This document shows, in pieces, positions 24,050-36,368 of a DNA stretch of 64,000 nucleotides (positions are counted from its first letter, which is position 1; every line of letters starts with the position of its first letter). The notes under the pieces are model-generated. The model was not told the DNA's origin and searched no databases. It was given only the letters and a program-made list of their open reading frames with translations. Position numbers and translations under genes: made by a program. The DNA lies in assembly GCF_006345805.1 (NCBI RefSeq), contig NC_043011.1:6014001-6078000 (forward strand), given 5' to 3'. This DNA is from Octopus sinensis. Taxonomy: Eukaryota.

Positions 24050-24725
24050 CTAGATGTACCCACCGTGACTCATTGGGTGACAACCACTCCAAGTTGAAAA
24101 TGTTGATGCACAGCGAGAAAGGAAAAAATGCTATTTCGAACTTCATGCAATAAAATACTTAAATAATAAAGTTCTCCTGCTTTTGGTGTGACAATATAAA
24201 CATGACTGGGAGTTTCTTCTTTATTTCCCCTCACTCTCTTCTTTGCCATTCTTTGTTACTACTTCAGCATAAAGTAATATTTTTGCTAACTCACTATTGG
24301 TGCACAATGAAAAGAATTCTGTCAATGTTGTTCTCATATGTCATTCATTGACAGCCATATATATATACATCATCATTATTTATGAGCAATATTCTTTGTT
24401 CATCTGGTAGATGAACTTGCAATCTCACTATCGCAGGTGCTCTTTCATGAATTGAAAACCCTAAAATGGGTACAACTGCTTCAAATGGTCCAGTATACCT
24501 ACCCATTAGATATTAACAAATTTCATTACCATTGTTTATTTGAATAGCAGCTTGGTCATTTCCTTTCAGTGTGTACTTGATGACATACTTAATTTACAAC
24601 ACTGAGGCAATGATTTCAACATTGCAGTAGCATTTGCAGTTTCGTTATAAGGTACAACTCTATTGTTGTTTGTTTCACTTTCCATTCTTATGAAATTCAA
24701 CTCCTCCCATTGCAACTGATCTTTG
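24050..24725 (-). mobile_element. Internally deleted Helitron (Rep-region coding remnant + 3' terminus)
   Basis: Minus strand NNRVVPYN..IKYVIKYTLKGNDQA..GRYTGPFEAV..FSIHERAPAIVRLQVHL; TTLTEFF..AKILLYAEV; VTPKAGELYYLSILLHEVR. Terminus ACCCA..TGGGT hairpin-acat-CTAG|T at 24050-24053. Confidence 0.85.
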
Positions 24726-24738
24726 TCTAGAAAGAGAT

Positions 24739-24802
<64 letters not shown>

Positions 24803-24839
24803 TTTTTCTGCCTTTTGATTAAGGTGATAAAGATTAATA

Positions 24840-25223
24840 GGAGGCGCAGTGGCCCAGTGGTTAGGGCAGCGGACTCGCGGTCGTAGGATCGCGGTTTCGA
24901 TTCCCAGACCGGGTGTTGTGAGTGTTTATTGAGCAAAAACACCTAAAAAGCTCCACGAGGCTCCGGCAGGGGATGGTGGTGATCCCTGCTGTACTCTTTC
25001 ACCACAACTTTCTCTCACTCTTTCTTCCTGTTTCTGTTGTACCTGTATTTCAAAAGGCCGGCCTTGTCACTCTCTGTGTCACGCTGAATATCCCCGAGAA
25101 CTACGTTAAGGGTACACGTGTCTGTGGAGTGCTCAGCCACTTACACGTTAATTTCACGAGCAGGCTGTTCCGTTGATCGGATCAACCGGAACCCTCGTCG
25201 TCGTAACCGACGGAGTGCTTCAC
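24840..25223 (+). mobile_element. SINE family 2 with 11-bp TSD
   Basis: Near-identical to 14507-14892. TSD aaagattaata at 24829-24839 and 25224-25234. Confidence 0.92.
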
Positions 25224-25593
25224 AAAGATTAATATTTTATTTTAAATAAAATAGTAATTTTCCCCTTTAAGAAAAAAAAAATATCAAGTACTCGTGATTC
25301 AAAAAATATCTCATAAAACTATAGGGAGAATTTCTCTTTCAGTTCATGGCGCTCAAAAGTTGTATAAATGATTAAAGGAACAAAAAAGAAAGTAAGAAAA
25401 AAAGGATGGATGGCAGAAGTCTCTGATGACTCTTTGAAGTGTCAACATTTTCAATTTCATTTTCTTTTTCTTAAAGGGGGAAACGACTATTTTATTTCTA
25501 ATCTTTATCATCTTAATCGAATGATGGGAAAACAAACTTTGATTTTTGGTATAATATAGATGCAGTATATATGAAGTAAAAATACAGTATACA

Positions 25594-25665
<72 letters not shown>

Positions 25666-26019
25666 AATGTATTGTATAGATAACAATACTTGAAGAGAAA
25701 TATATTAGAGAATAAATAAGAATACAGTGATCTTGTAATGTGGTATACATTCACCATATATGGTGTTGACTACTGGGTGGTTACAGGGGACAATGGGAGT
25801 TAGAGGGAAGAAAGGGAATTCTATATTCAGCTCTGTGGTTCAGCAGCAGCAGCAGCAGCAGTAGCAGCAACTACTGCAAAAGTGAAGAACTGATCCCAAG
25901 TGATCAACTACTTATGGTGCCTGAACTCTTTGAATAGACCTGGGCTCATAATGAACTCTTCTCGTTATGTTTATGCCATGTTTATGATTAGGCTCATTAC
26001 CAGCAAAAACTTACAGAAC

Positions 26020-27010
26020 TTGCCCTAAAAGTACCGACCCTTTAGCCATACTCTTTGCAGTTTGCTGAAGTGGAGTCGGTGGAGCTTCCATATCCTCTTC
26101 TTGTCCTGCAGCTCATTCTTATTCTAATCATCATCAGTTTCTCGTTAGATTAACATTTTCTATGGGACTCTAGCGAGTTATCTTCTCTGACCACTGCAAA
26201 CCCTACATCATTTACCATTGTCAGAATATCCTGCTGAACTTGATGAAAATTTTCTGCTGGTGTAAGCCATAGATACAGTGTGGCCATAGACACATTGGTT
26301 TCAAATCTTGGCACAAAGCCAGCAATTTTATGTGAAGTGAGTAAGTTGATTACGTTGACCCCAGTGTCCAACTGGTACTTCATTTATCAACCCCAAAAGG
26401 ATGAAAGGCAAAATCGATTTTAAACTAGGTTGGTTAAACTTAGAATAGTTCTCGGATTTTAGGAGTGAATGGTAAAAAACTACTTTGATTTCAGGTCACC
26501 TGCTGTATTTCCTTCCACAAGAAGTATTTGATTAGTTTAGGAAGCGTTAAAGCCTGAAACCAATTTTTCTTCCTGGCAAATATGTCATACAAGACATGGC
26601 TTCCAGAAAAGCCAAGTTTCATCACTATTCTATGCATGTTCTGTAGAATGACCTTCAGTAATAATTTCCTTCAACTCCTAAAGATGATTAATAACAGCCT
26701 CTGTACCAGAATGGGGCACTTCACCAACCATTTTAATGTTGTGCAAATTATCAAATCAACCCTTAAACCTTTCAAACTAGTCTTTATTAATATGTTAAAA
26801 ACAAAAAGGTTTCACATAAGAAATTTCACCTTCCACTTTCAGTAAATTGTGATACGTCACTTGAATGACCATCATGTCTGTGAACACATTATGTCCAGGA
26901 TAATCGTTAATCCACACACTCAAGAGCTGATCTATTTTAAGAATCACTTCAGTTTTATGAAAAATAATGTCCAGGAATTCAACAGAAAAGTTGTTTGACT
27001 ACTTGACCTA
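26020..27010 (-). mobile_element. Tigger/pogo transposase remnant, interrupted by a family-3 SINE fragment (26291-26420)
   Basis: IDQLLSVWIND, FERFKG..NLHNIKMVGE, NSDETWLFWK, SGFNAS; C-terminal VGFAVVREDNSLESH..SNEKLMMI..QEEDMEAPP. Confidence 0.75.
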
Positions 27011-27079
27011 ATTTTATCTTTAGTGTTGCATATTGTTCTCACTCTAAACATTGCAAGCTTTAAAGTTTTAGCAATATTG

Positions 27080-27292
27080 GCTTCAAATTTTTGCACAAGG
27101 CCAGCAATTTCAGAGGAGAAGGTAAGTTAATTATATTAACTCCCAATGCTCAACTGGTACTTAATTTATCAACCCAAGAAGGATTAAAGGCAAAGTCAAC
27201 CTCGGTGGAATTTGAACTCAGAACATAAAGATGGACGAAATACCATGAAGCATTTTGCCTGACATGCTAACAATTCTGCTAGCTCACTGCCT
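27080..27292 (-). mobile_element. SINE family 3
   Basis: aactggtacttaatttatcaacc..aaaggcaaagtcaacctcggtggaatttgaactcagaac. Confidence 0.8.
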
Positions 27293-27362
27293 TCATGTTT
27301 TTGGAACATTGCTGACAACTTCTGAAACATAATTCATTCATAAAAACATTGAGTTTAATATC

Positions 27363-29976
27363 ACAGGACAAGTGGTATGACACAGCCACTATAAAGTGAG
27401 ATGACATCAACCAGTACAGAGAGTCATGTGTCAGTCATTGTAGAGTCATTGTATGAGTTCTCAGTTGGAGTTAAGTGTTAGTTACATGTTATAGTCTAAT
27501 TCAAGTTACACTCAAGACGGTTCAAATTTGCTGTGATGCAGAGTTATCAGGGATAGCATGATAGACAAAGTTGCGTATTACCATTCTGGTATAGAAGAGA
27601 TACACTGTATCTGATACCAAGAAAATATCGTGGCTACTAGAGTAGGTACAACAGCTACAGTTACAACAGTGGCCACACATTATGACTGTGGAGAACACCA
27701 CATCATAACAGTGGCAACAAGGATATAAACAAGTCGTGCAGACAACATTAAAAAAAAATTTCATGTAGAGGAATTTTTTTAAATTCACAAGGAGAAATTA
27801 ACAACTCGACAGAGGAATAACGAATGTTTTGTACACATTTTATGAAAAATTCGTAAAATCATGGAAAATTTGTTGGCAGGTTTAGCTTTGAATTGCAACA
27901 ACAACAACAGCTCAAAGAACAACAACAAATGTTACAGCAACAAATACTACAACTAATGAAGTTGGTAACAAAACTAGAAAATATGTTTTTGCCAGATCAT
28001 GTAGCGAATTCAATAAATGAATTTAAATATGACCCAAAAGAAACAGTCACCTTCAAGACATATTACCAAAAATTTGAACAAATTTTCTAAAAAGAATGTC
28101 AAGACTGGACTAACAAAATGAAAACATGTCTAATTTTGAGGAAACTGGTGACAACAGAACATGAAAAATACAGTTACTTTATACTGCCTAAAAAATCTTC
28201 TGACATAAATTGTATGTAAGATGTTCAGTGAAAAAAACCTTGTTCTTCAACACTCGTTGGAAGTGTTTGAACATTGAGAAAAGCAATGATGAAGACTTTA
28301 CTACATATGCGTGTGGAGTGAACATGGAATGTGAGAGGTTTAATCTGGATAAACTAAGTCTTGATTCATTCAAATGCTTGATTTTTGGACCAGGACTTAC
28401 TGCTAAAAAGGATGCAGAAGTCAGAGCGAAAATTCTTGCAAAGCTCAAAGTGAACCAGGATATAATCCTGCAGAAACTGTCAGAAGGATGCGATATGATA
28501 TTAAAAGTAAGACATGATACAGAGGAAATGCAGAAATTGTTTCCAGGTAAAGCCAGAGCAGAAAAGTCTGAAGACGGATAGAGCGTTTCACAAAAAACAT
28601 GGTAAATATCAGGATATAAATCCATGTATGGCATGTGGTGATATGCACTTGAGGAAAGATTGTCCATTTGAAAAAAGTGAAGTGCCTTTGTTGTGGGAGT
28701 ACAGGACATATTAAGTCGCACTGCAGGATTAAAATGATGAAAATTTGGAACAAATGAGAAAAAATTAATAATTTGTCATCAGAAAAAAGTTAGTACAACA
28801 AACAAAATTCCTCGAAACCAAATTGTTTCAAAATGCAATTAGATGCAGGTAGTAACATCACTGTTATAAATGAAAAAACATGGAAACAAATCGGTAAACC
28901 AAAATTATTTAGATCAAATAAAGTAGCATACGGTGTTAATGGAAGGAAATTATATTTTATCGGTGAATGCATTTGCAATGTAACTTTTTGAGGTAAAACA
29001 AAAAGGGCAAATATTTATGTGTTGAAAAAAATATCAAACTTATTTGGTACAGAATGCATGGAGTTATTTAAAATGTGGGGGTACCCCCATAAGTGTTCTC
29101 TGTGGAAATGTGGTTAGAACGGTTAAAGGTTTGAATGAAGTCAGAGAACTGAGACAAAAATTTTTTTTTAATTATTTCCAAATGTTTTTTTGAAGGATTG
29201 GGCTGTTGCACTAAAACAAAAGTGAGGATTGCTGTAAAAGAAAATGCAAGACTTGTTTTTAGGCCCAAATGGAATGTGCCATTTTTGGTGAGAGACCAGG
29301 TCAACAAAGAGCTGGAAAGACTAGTAAGTCTAGCTATAATTAAGAAAATTAACCACTCAGACTGAGCAGCACTGATGGTTTATGCGAGGAAAAAAAAAGG
29401 AATAATAAACTAAGAGTGTGGGCAGATTTCTCAACAGGATTAAATGATTGTTTAGTGGAACACAACTTTCCATTCTAAGCCCAGAAGAGGTATTTTCAAA
29501 ATTAAATGAAAGAGAAACTCAAAAATGGGTGGTGGGGATGAATAAAGTAAAATAAAATTACTTGCTTCCCAAAAAGAAAAAAACCAAAAGGGAAGAAGTT
29601 GTAGTGGAGATGGTACACCCCTCCCACGGGACAAGTGGTATGACACAGCCACTATAAGGTGGGATGACGTCAACAGTATGGGGAGTCGTGTGTCAGTCAT
29701 TGTAGAGTCATTGTACGAGTTCTCAGTTGGAGTTAAGTGTCAGTTACATGTTATAGTCAAGTTCGAGTCACAGTCAAGGTAGACGGTTTAAATTTGCTGT
29801 GTTGCAGAGCTATCAGCGATAGCACGATAGACAAAGTGGTGTATTACCATTCTGGAATAGAAAAGATACACTGTATCTGATACCAAGAAAATATCGTGGC
29901 TACTAGAGTAGGTACAACAGCTACAGTTACAACAGTGGCCACACATTATGACTGTGGAGAACACCACATCATAACA
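27363..29976 (+). mobile_element. Internally deleted Gypsy-type (K02A2.6-like) LTR retrotransposon
   Basis: LTRs 27363-27710 and 29600-29976 (TGT..ACA); PBS-like TGGCAACAAGG at 27712; PPT aaaagggaagaag at about 29587-29599. gag (SINEFKYDP..FKTYY; KCLIFGPGL; CMACGDMHLRKDC), protease (QLDAGS), start of RT (VFRPKWNVPF, LRVWADFSTGLN). RNaseH and integrase are absent. Confidence 0.92.
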
Positions 29977-30189
29977 ATATCCAACTTAATCTCTGTAGTA
30001 TTCCTTTTTCATAAAACTACTTTTGTTTCTGCTTGATGGTCTCTTTCCAGGGCTCTCTATCTGGTACATTCACAGCTGGATCCAACAATAAGGGTGAAAG
30101 ATGAGGAATCTACACCAAACAAAAAAACAGTTGAATCCAAGGAATGTAACAATGTCCTGTTTGGGCTGAAAGTGGTTTGTGTTTATTAG

Positions 30190-30489
<300 letters not shown>

Positions 30490-30671
30490 TGATTAAACTT
30501 AGTAATAAAACTCAGGTCAGTTGAATTGGTGGACACAGACAAAAGATGAGGGTGTGGTGAGAAGGGAGCAGTTATATTGAGGTCAATGAAAATCAAGTTC
30601 AGTTGAATTGGTGCACACATAAAACTAAATGAGGATTTAGTTTTTAAAATTGTAATAATTTATTTAAGTTA

Positions 30672-30997
30672 CTGTGCCGGTGGCACATAAAAAGCACCAT
30701 CCGAACGTGGCCGTTGCCAGCGCCGCCTTGGCTGGCTTCCGTGCCGGTGGCATGTTAAAAGCTCCAACCAATCATGGCTGATGTCGGACCCCCCCCCTCG
30801 CACCTGTGCAGGTGGCACGTAAAAAGCACCCACTACACTCGCGGAGTGGTTGGCGTTAGGAAGGGCATCCAGCTGTAGAAACACTGCCAGATCAGACTGG
30901 AGCCTGGTGCAGCCCCTGGCTTCCCAGACCCCGGTCGAACCGTCCAACCCGTGCTAGCGCGGAAAACGGACGTTAAACGATGATGATGATGATGATG
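30672..30997 (+). mobile_element. RTE 3' UTR fragment
   Basis: gagtggttggcgttaggaagggcatccag..ggacgttaaacgatgatg. Confidence 0.9.
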
Positions 30998-31254
30998 TAA
31001 GGACAAAATTACAGGTCGTATTACAAAACTGATTCTTTACAATTTCCATAAGTACAGAATTCTATGACTAAAATTTCCATAAAGTAAGGAATTCCTTTAT
31101 GCTAATACTTTAGCCAACAAGCAAATCTTCATGTAACATATAATAAGCCTGATATAATTTTCCAAGACAAAAATGTTTATTTCCCATTAATTATTGAGAT
31201 GTTATGACTCTGGTACCATGGATATGTAATCAGAACCCTAACCCTGCCAACTGG

Positions 31255-31445
31255 CAGGGGGCTTAGGGATAGGCCAAGAACAAGATGGTTGGATAATATC
31301 CAAAGTCTTGGTTGGACAAGTTTGGAAATCCATCCTGAAAGTGTAATGATGGTTGTTTCTGATAGGACCCTATGGAAGGGGTGCTGGAGGATTCTCCTCC
31401 CATGACCCTCCCAGGAATAGTGGGCAGAGAAAACGGTTGGATGGA
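31255..31445 (+). mobile_element. 3' end of another RTE-type LINE
   Basis: DRPRTRWLDNIQSLGW..DRTLWK, then a short UTR ending ggttggatgga. Confidence 0.5.
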
Positions 31446-31624
31446 ATTATTGACCTTGTAATACCAAATGGCTGCAATGTTATACAGAAGTGGAATGTAA
31501 AGTTAAATATGACATCAAGATGGCTTTTGAATTAAAAATATTGCAATGGTCAAAGAATTTTCTATATGGAATTATTGGTTCAGATACAGTTATGGACAAC
31601 CATTTCTGTAAAGGCATTTATTGA

Positions 31625-32030
31625 TTACCTTGAGGTGCAGGTATGGTCATGTGATTAATAAGTTCACCTTGCAACCATGTGATTTCAGGTTTGGTGCCAG
31701 TTTTTGGCATCTTAGGCAAGTATCTTCTGCTACAGCCCCAGACTAACTTTGTGAGTGTATTTGGTAGCCAGAAGATGTGTGGAAGCTCATTGCATCAATC
31801 TGTGTGTGTGTGTGTGTGTCTGCATACATGTGTTTCCCCATTGCTTGATAACCAGTGTTGGTTTGTTTACGTCCTGTAACTTAACAGTTTGGCAAAAGAG
31901 ACCAATAGAACAAGTACCAGACTTCAAAAAATAAGTATTGGGATCAATTTGTTCAACTAAAACCCTTCAAATTCGTGCCCCAGCATGGCCACAGTCCAGT
32001 GGCTGAAACATGTGAAAGATAAAAGATAAA
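31625..32030 (+). mobile_element. Diverged SINE family 1
   Basis: ggcatcttaggcaagtatcttct, internal (TG)n, ccccagcatggccacagtc tail. Confidence 0.75.
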
Positions 32031-32334
32031 GACAGCCATAGGCACATTCTAATAAACTGCAAGATTAGGGTTTATAAATACTCTCAGGGAATCCACTCAC
32101 ATGACACTTGTTAACCATGAATGTTTCTTGTTGACCTTTGACACGCTTGCAAACCCTTAAAATTCCTGTTGATCTTGAACATTTGCTAACCCTGAGCTTC
32201 CTTAATAACTTTGAACACTTACATGCCATATTCTCCAAGTTCTACCAAATTCTCCTTCCCAGAAAGAATTCTTAAACTATAACAACAACAACAACAGCAG
32301 CAGCAGCAGCAACAACAACAATGACAATGACAAC

Positions 32335-33247
32335 AACAACAACAATAATAAACCAGTTCTGAGGCACTGTAAAAAACATCATACAGACATGTTTATGGCT
32401 TGGACTGATTTTAAGAAGGCAAATGATATGAGGCCTCATTCTTGGATCGTTGAATGCCTGCAGATGTTTGGTGTTGCTGACATCGCAAATTCTCTGATGC
32501 ATAGCATGAAAGAGTGGAAAACCAAATTGTACTCAAGTAATGTATTCCTTGGAGAAGTTAATATTAAAAGGGGAATCTCCCAAGGTGACTCATTTTCTCT
32601 GCTACTATTTGTAATTGCACTAATACCCATAAAAATGACACTTAGGAAAGTTAAGATGGGTTAACAATGTGGGAAGAAAGGCCCATCATTGAATCATCTT
32701 CTGTTTATGGATGACCTGAAATTGTTCGGGAAATTTGAAAAACAGAAAGATTTCTTAACCAAAACAGTCCAGAAGTGTGGTAGGGATATCGGTATGGAAT
32801 TTAGGATTACCAAATTCTCAGTACTTAATAGCAAAAGAGGGGAGAAAGCATCCTGCAGAGGATTGTGGTTACCATCAGGAGAGACAGACAACGGTAGTGG
32901 GTATAGATATTTAGGAATTTTAGAACTGGATGACATTCTACATAGACAAATGAAAGTGACAGTCAGTGAGGCGTATCAAAAAAGAGTGAAGATGGAGTTG
33001 AAATCCAACCTGAATACCAAATATTTGACTACCGCAATGAATATCTGGGCAGTTGCGGTGGTCAGATATAGTTCGTCCATCCTCAAATGGACGAAGGAGG
33101 AAATATCAACACTGGATAGAAGTACGAGAAAATTATTGGGCACAGTGCACATCTTAACAAAAGTATTATCTGTTTGAGGTCCTTGTTGTGACTTGACAGA
33201 TGACTAAAGACTCCGGTGCATTTTTACCTACACTGTGTTACGAAGGA
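32335..33247 (+). mobile_element. R4/Dong-like RLE retrotransposon A, internally deleted
   Basis: AWTDFKKANDMRPHSWI, RGISQGDSFS, NHLLFMDDLKLF, YRYLGILE, fused to the C-terminal GTVHILTKVLSV*; short UTR then (TAA)n. Confidence 0.85.
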
Positions 33248-33283
33248 ATAATAATAATAATAATGATAATAATAATAATAATA

Positions 33284-33320
<37 letters not shown>

Positions 33321-34221
33321 CTAAAACTAGAACAGCAACGGACCATGATAAAGCGATGGCAAGAAAAGCCCCTTCATGGCAAGTACTGGACTAAACTAAA
33401 TGCAAAAGAAATAGACAAAGAAAAATCCCAGCAATTGTTGAGAAGCTCAGGACTCAAAGCAGAGACAGAGGGTTTTTTAATTGCAGCACAAGACCAAAGC
33501 CTCCCCACCAGAAATTACCAAAAACATGTAATGAAAAGAAATATAACAAGTAACTGCAGAATATGTGGAGATGGACAAGAAATAATAAATCATATTATCT
33601 CTGGCTGCCCAGTCCTGGCTAAGAAGGAATATATTCACAGACATGACAGAGTTGGGACCTACATACATTGGAAGCTATGCCAACATTATGGAATAACAAC
33701 AGAAAAAAGATGGCATAGGCACACACCAGAAAAGGTCACAGAAAACGAGAAAGCAACCATACTCTGGGATATGCCGATACACACAGATAGAGAAATTAGG
33801 GCCAATAGGCCAGATATAGTTGTCAGAGATCATGAAGAAAAAAAATGCTTTCTAATTGGTGTATCAATACCAGCAGATGACAACGTGTCTCTAAAAGAAA
33901 TGGAGAAACTTTTAAAATTCAAAGACCCGGAAATAGAGGTAACTTGAATGTGGAATCTAAAAACAGAAACAATTCCTATCATAGTAGGCGCATTAGGCAT
34001 GATAAAAAAATATTCAGACAAATACATAACAAAAACACCAGGACTTACAAGTATATACAACATACAGAAAATTGCACTACTAGGCACTGCACACATCCTA
34101 CGCAGAACACTTTCAATACAGTAACCATCAGAGCATCACAACAAATCACAGCACATACCCAAGGCACACAGAGCTGCACTCGGTAGTGAAGTGAAAGCAC
34201 GCTATAAAAATAAAACTACTG
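33321..34221 (+). mobile_element. R4/Dong-like RLE element B (zinc knuckle + restriction-like endonuclease, 3' UTR)
   Basis: WQEKPLHGKY, ETEGFLIAAQDQSLPTRNY, CRICG..IINHIISGC, HRHDRV, RPDIVVRD, IPIIVGALG, LGTAHILRRTL; (TAA)n on both sides. Confidence 0.92.
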
Positions 34222-34242
34222 AATAATAATAATAATAATAAT

Positions 34243-34542
34243 AAAACTACAACGATTTGAAGAGAGAAATATGAAGGTTGTGATCAATGAAGAGAGTAGA
34301 CGTGATCCCAATAGGAGTCGGCATGCTTGGAAGTATCAGCACTCAGCTAAGAACATGGCTCAAAAAGATTGATAAAATGTGATGGTAGGACACCTACAAA
34401 AACCAGCATTGCTTGGAACTGCAAGAATTCTTTGCAGGATTCTTGAAACATGACCAGTAAACAAGTGTCACCTGAGTCTGCTGGTTGCGGACAACTGACA
34501 CTTCCCATCATACACAGCTAGATAAGCTGAGAGTTTTCATCA

Positions 34543-34545
<3 letters not shown>
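34243..34545 (+). mobile_element. R4/Dong-like RLE element C, extreme 3' end
   Basis: DLKREI..RVDVIPIGVGMLG..LQKPALLGTARIL, then UTR and (TAA)n. Confidence 0.7.
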
Positions 34546-34604
<59 letters not shown>

Positions 34605-34606
<2 letters not shown>

Positions 34607-34822
34607 CCTTCCTATTATACGCAAAAGGCTCAAAATTTCGGGCAAGAGGACTAGTCGATTATATCGACCCCCAATGTTTCACTGGTACTTAACCTATCCA
34701 CCCCAAAGGGATGAAAAGCAAATCGGCCCTGGCAGAATTTGAACTCAGAACATAAAGACAGATGAAATGATGGTAAGTATTTCATTTGGTGTGCTAACAA
34801 TTCTGTTGGCTCATCGCCTTAA
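34605..34822 (-). mobile_element. SINE family 3
   Basis: actggtacttaacc..gggatgaaaagcaaatc..gaatttgaactcagaac. Confidence 0.75.
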
Positions 34823-34867
34823 ATAATAATATTAAGGATGAGAATGTTGATGGTGATGATGATGATG

Positions 34868-35690
34868 ATTTCTTTTATTGTCTACATGGGCCCAAGACAT
34901 TCAAGATTATATCGAAGGATGAGATACAAACGCACAAAACAGGGAGTGGTGGGGGCTAACATCGACCAAGGAAAAACATTACAACATTAAAGGATACAAC
35001 GAAAAGATATTAAAATACAATTTAGAAAAATAAATAAATCAGATCCCCAGTAGCTGGGTAGTCCACTCAGGGTAACTGAGGGTAAACCCCACACAGAAAG
35101 ACTTGGAATACTCTGCCAGCTCCAAGGCATGGGAAGTGCCATCTTCCAGTTTCTTTCCTCCTACTTCGAAAAACACACTCAGAGTAGATCCATTCAGCCT
35201 CTCCAGTCTTGCCACTCACACCCACCTTTCGATAAGCACATTGGAAGGCAGCACCTCCTTCTCTACCCCCACCTTCCTCTTCAAAGGATATTTGAAGAAA
35301 CCGATGAGGGTTTGGTTAGATAGGAATCTTCAAACCTTTCTGACTGGTCTTCCATAGTTTCTTTCACCACAGCCACTAAGCAGAGAAAGATCCGACTCCT
35401 TACTCTGCCAAAAGAAGCTGGCGTGCAGATCTTCCCTATACACTCGGCGGACAGCCGCCACTGTCTTACATGAGACCAGTAACTGCCCAACACAAACCCA
35501 CACATCGCTAATGTACGGACACCGAATGGATTCGTCCCCCCTGCATACATCACGAACAGATTCGGCCGTTGACACTTCCATGTCTGAACAGGTTAATACC
35601 CCACTAAGATCAGGCAAAAGATCCGACAGATAGTATTTCGCATATTTAACGTGAATTCCTTCCCATGTAGATGCAATCTTATCCATTCGT
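34868..35690 (-). mobile_element. 3' end of a Tx1/L1-like LINE
   Basis: Zinc-knuckle remnant (CRGDES..CPYISDVW), IFLCLVAVVKETM, long T-rich UTR, AATAAA at about 34874-34879 abutting (ATC)n. Confidence 0.5.
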
Positions 35691-36154
35691 TTGTCCGACG
35701 CTTTAACGATTCTGCTAATTCACGGCTTTATTTCTTGTTAATCAGGCAATCGTTAGTACCAGAGTTACTTCCCTTCAAAAATCTGATTCATGGTTCAAGG
35801 GACATAACTACAATCTAAATCTGGATCTAATATTCCTGGATTTAAAAATAGCCAGCTCTGTCCTCAAGTTTATCTTGCTATACAGGGTAGCAGAAATTAT
35901 CGGAAAGAACTCAGGAAATTTTTGATCTGTCATTTTGCTATTGATTTCTTCTACAAGTAGAACGCTCCTGTTTCATATTTTGTGTTTCATTCTGTGTACT
36001 ATACTGGTTCTTTTGACTTTCATTGCTATCTATTTTTTTTTCCTGTCACCTTTTTACCCTTTTCCAATAAGTTGTAGAGCACCTCAGCCCCGTATACATT
36101 AAGATCATCATCATCATCATCGTCGTCGTCGTCGATGCTGTTATTGTTGTTGTG

Positions 36155-36335
36155 GTAGTAAAGCTGGCAGAATCATTAGCACATCAGACAAAATGCTTAC
36201 CAACATTTCTTGCGGCCCTTTGCATTCTGGGTTCAAATGTTTCAGAGGTCAACTGTGAAGGTCGATAAAATAAAGCATCAGTTGAGTACTCGATCTCCTC
36301 CCCTTAAAATTGCTCTCTTTTTGCCAAAATTTCGA
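36155..36335 (+). mobile_element. SINE family 3, internally deleted
   Basis: aagctggcagaatcattagcac..ctgggttcaaat..gtcgataaaataaagcatcag. Confidence 0.7.
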
Positions 36336-36368
36336 ACATTTATTATTATTATTATTATTATTATCATT

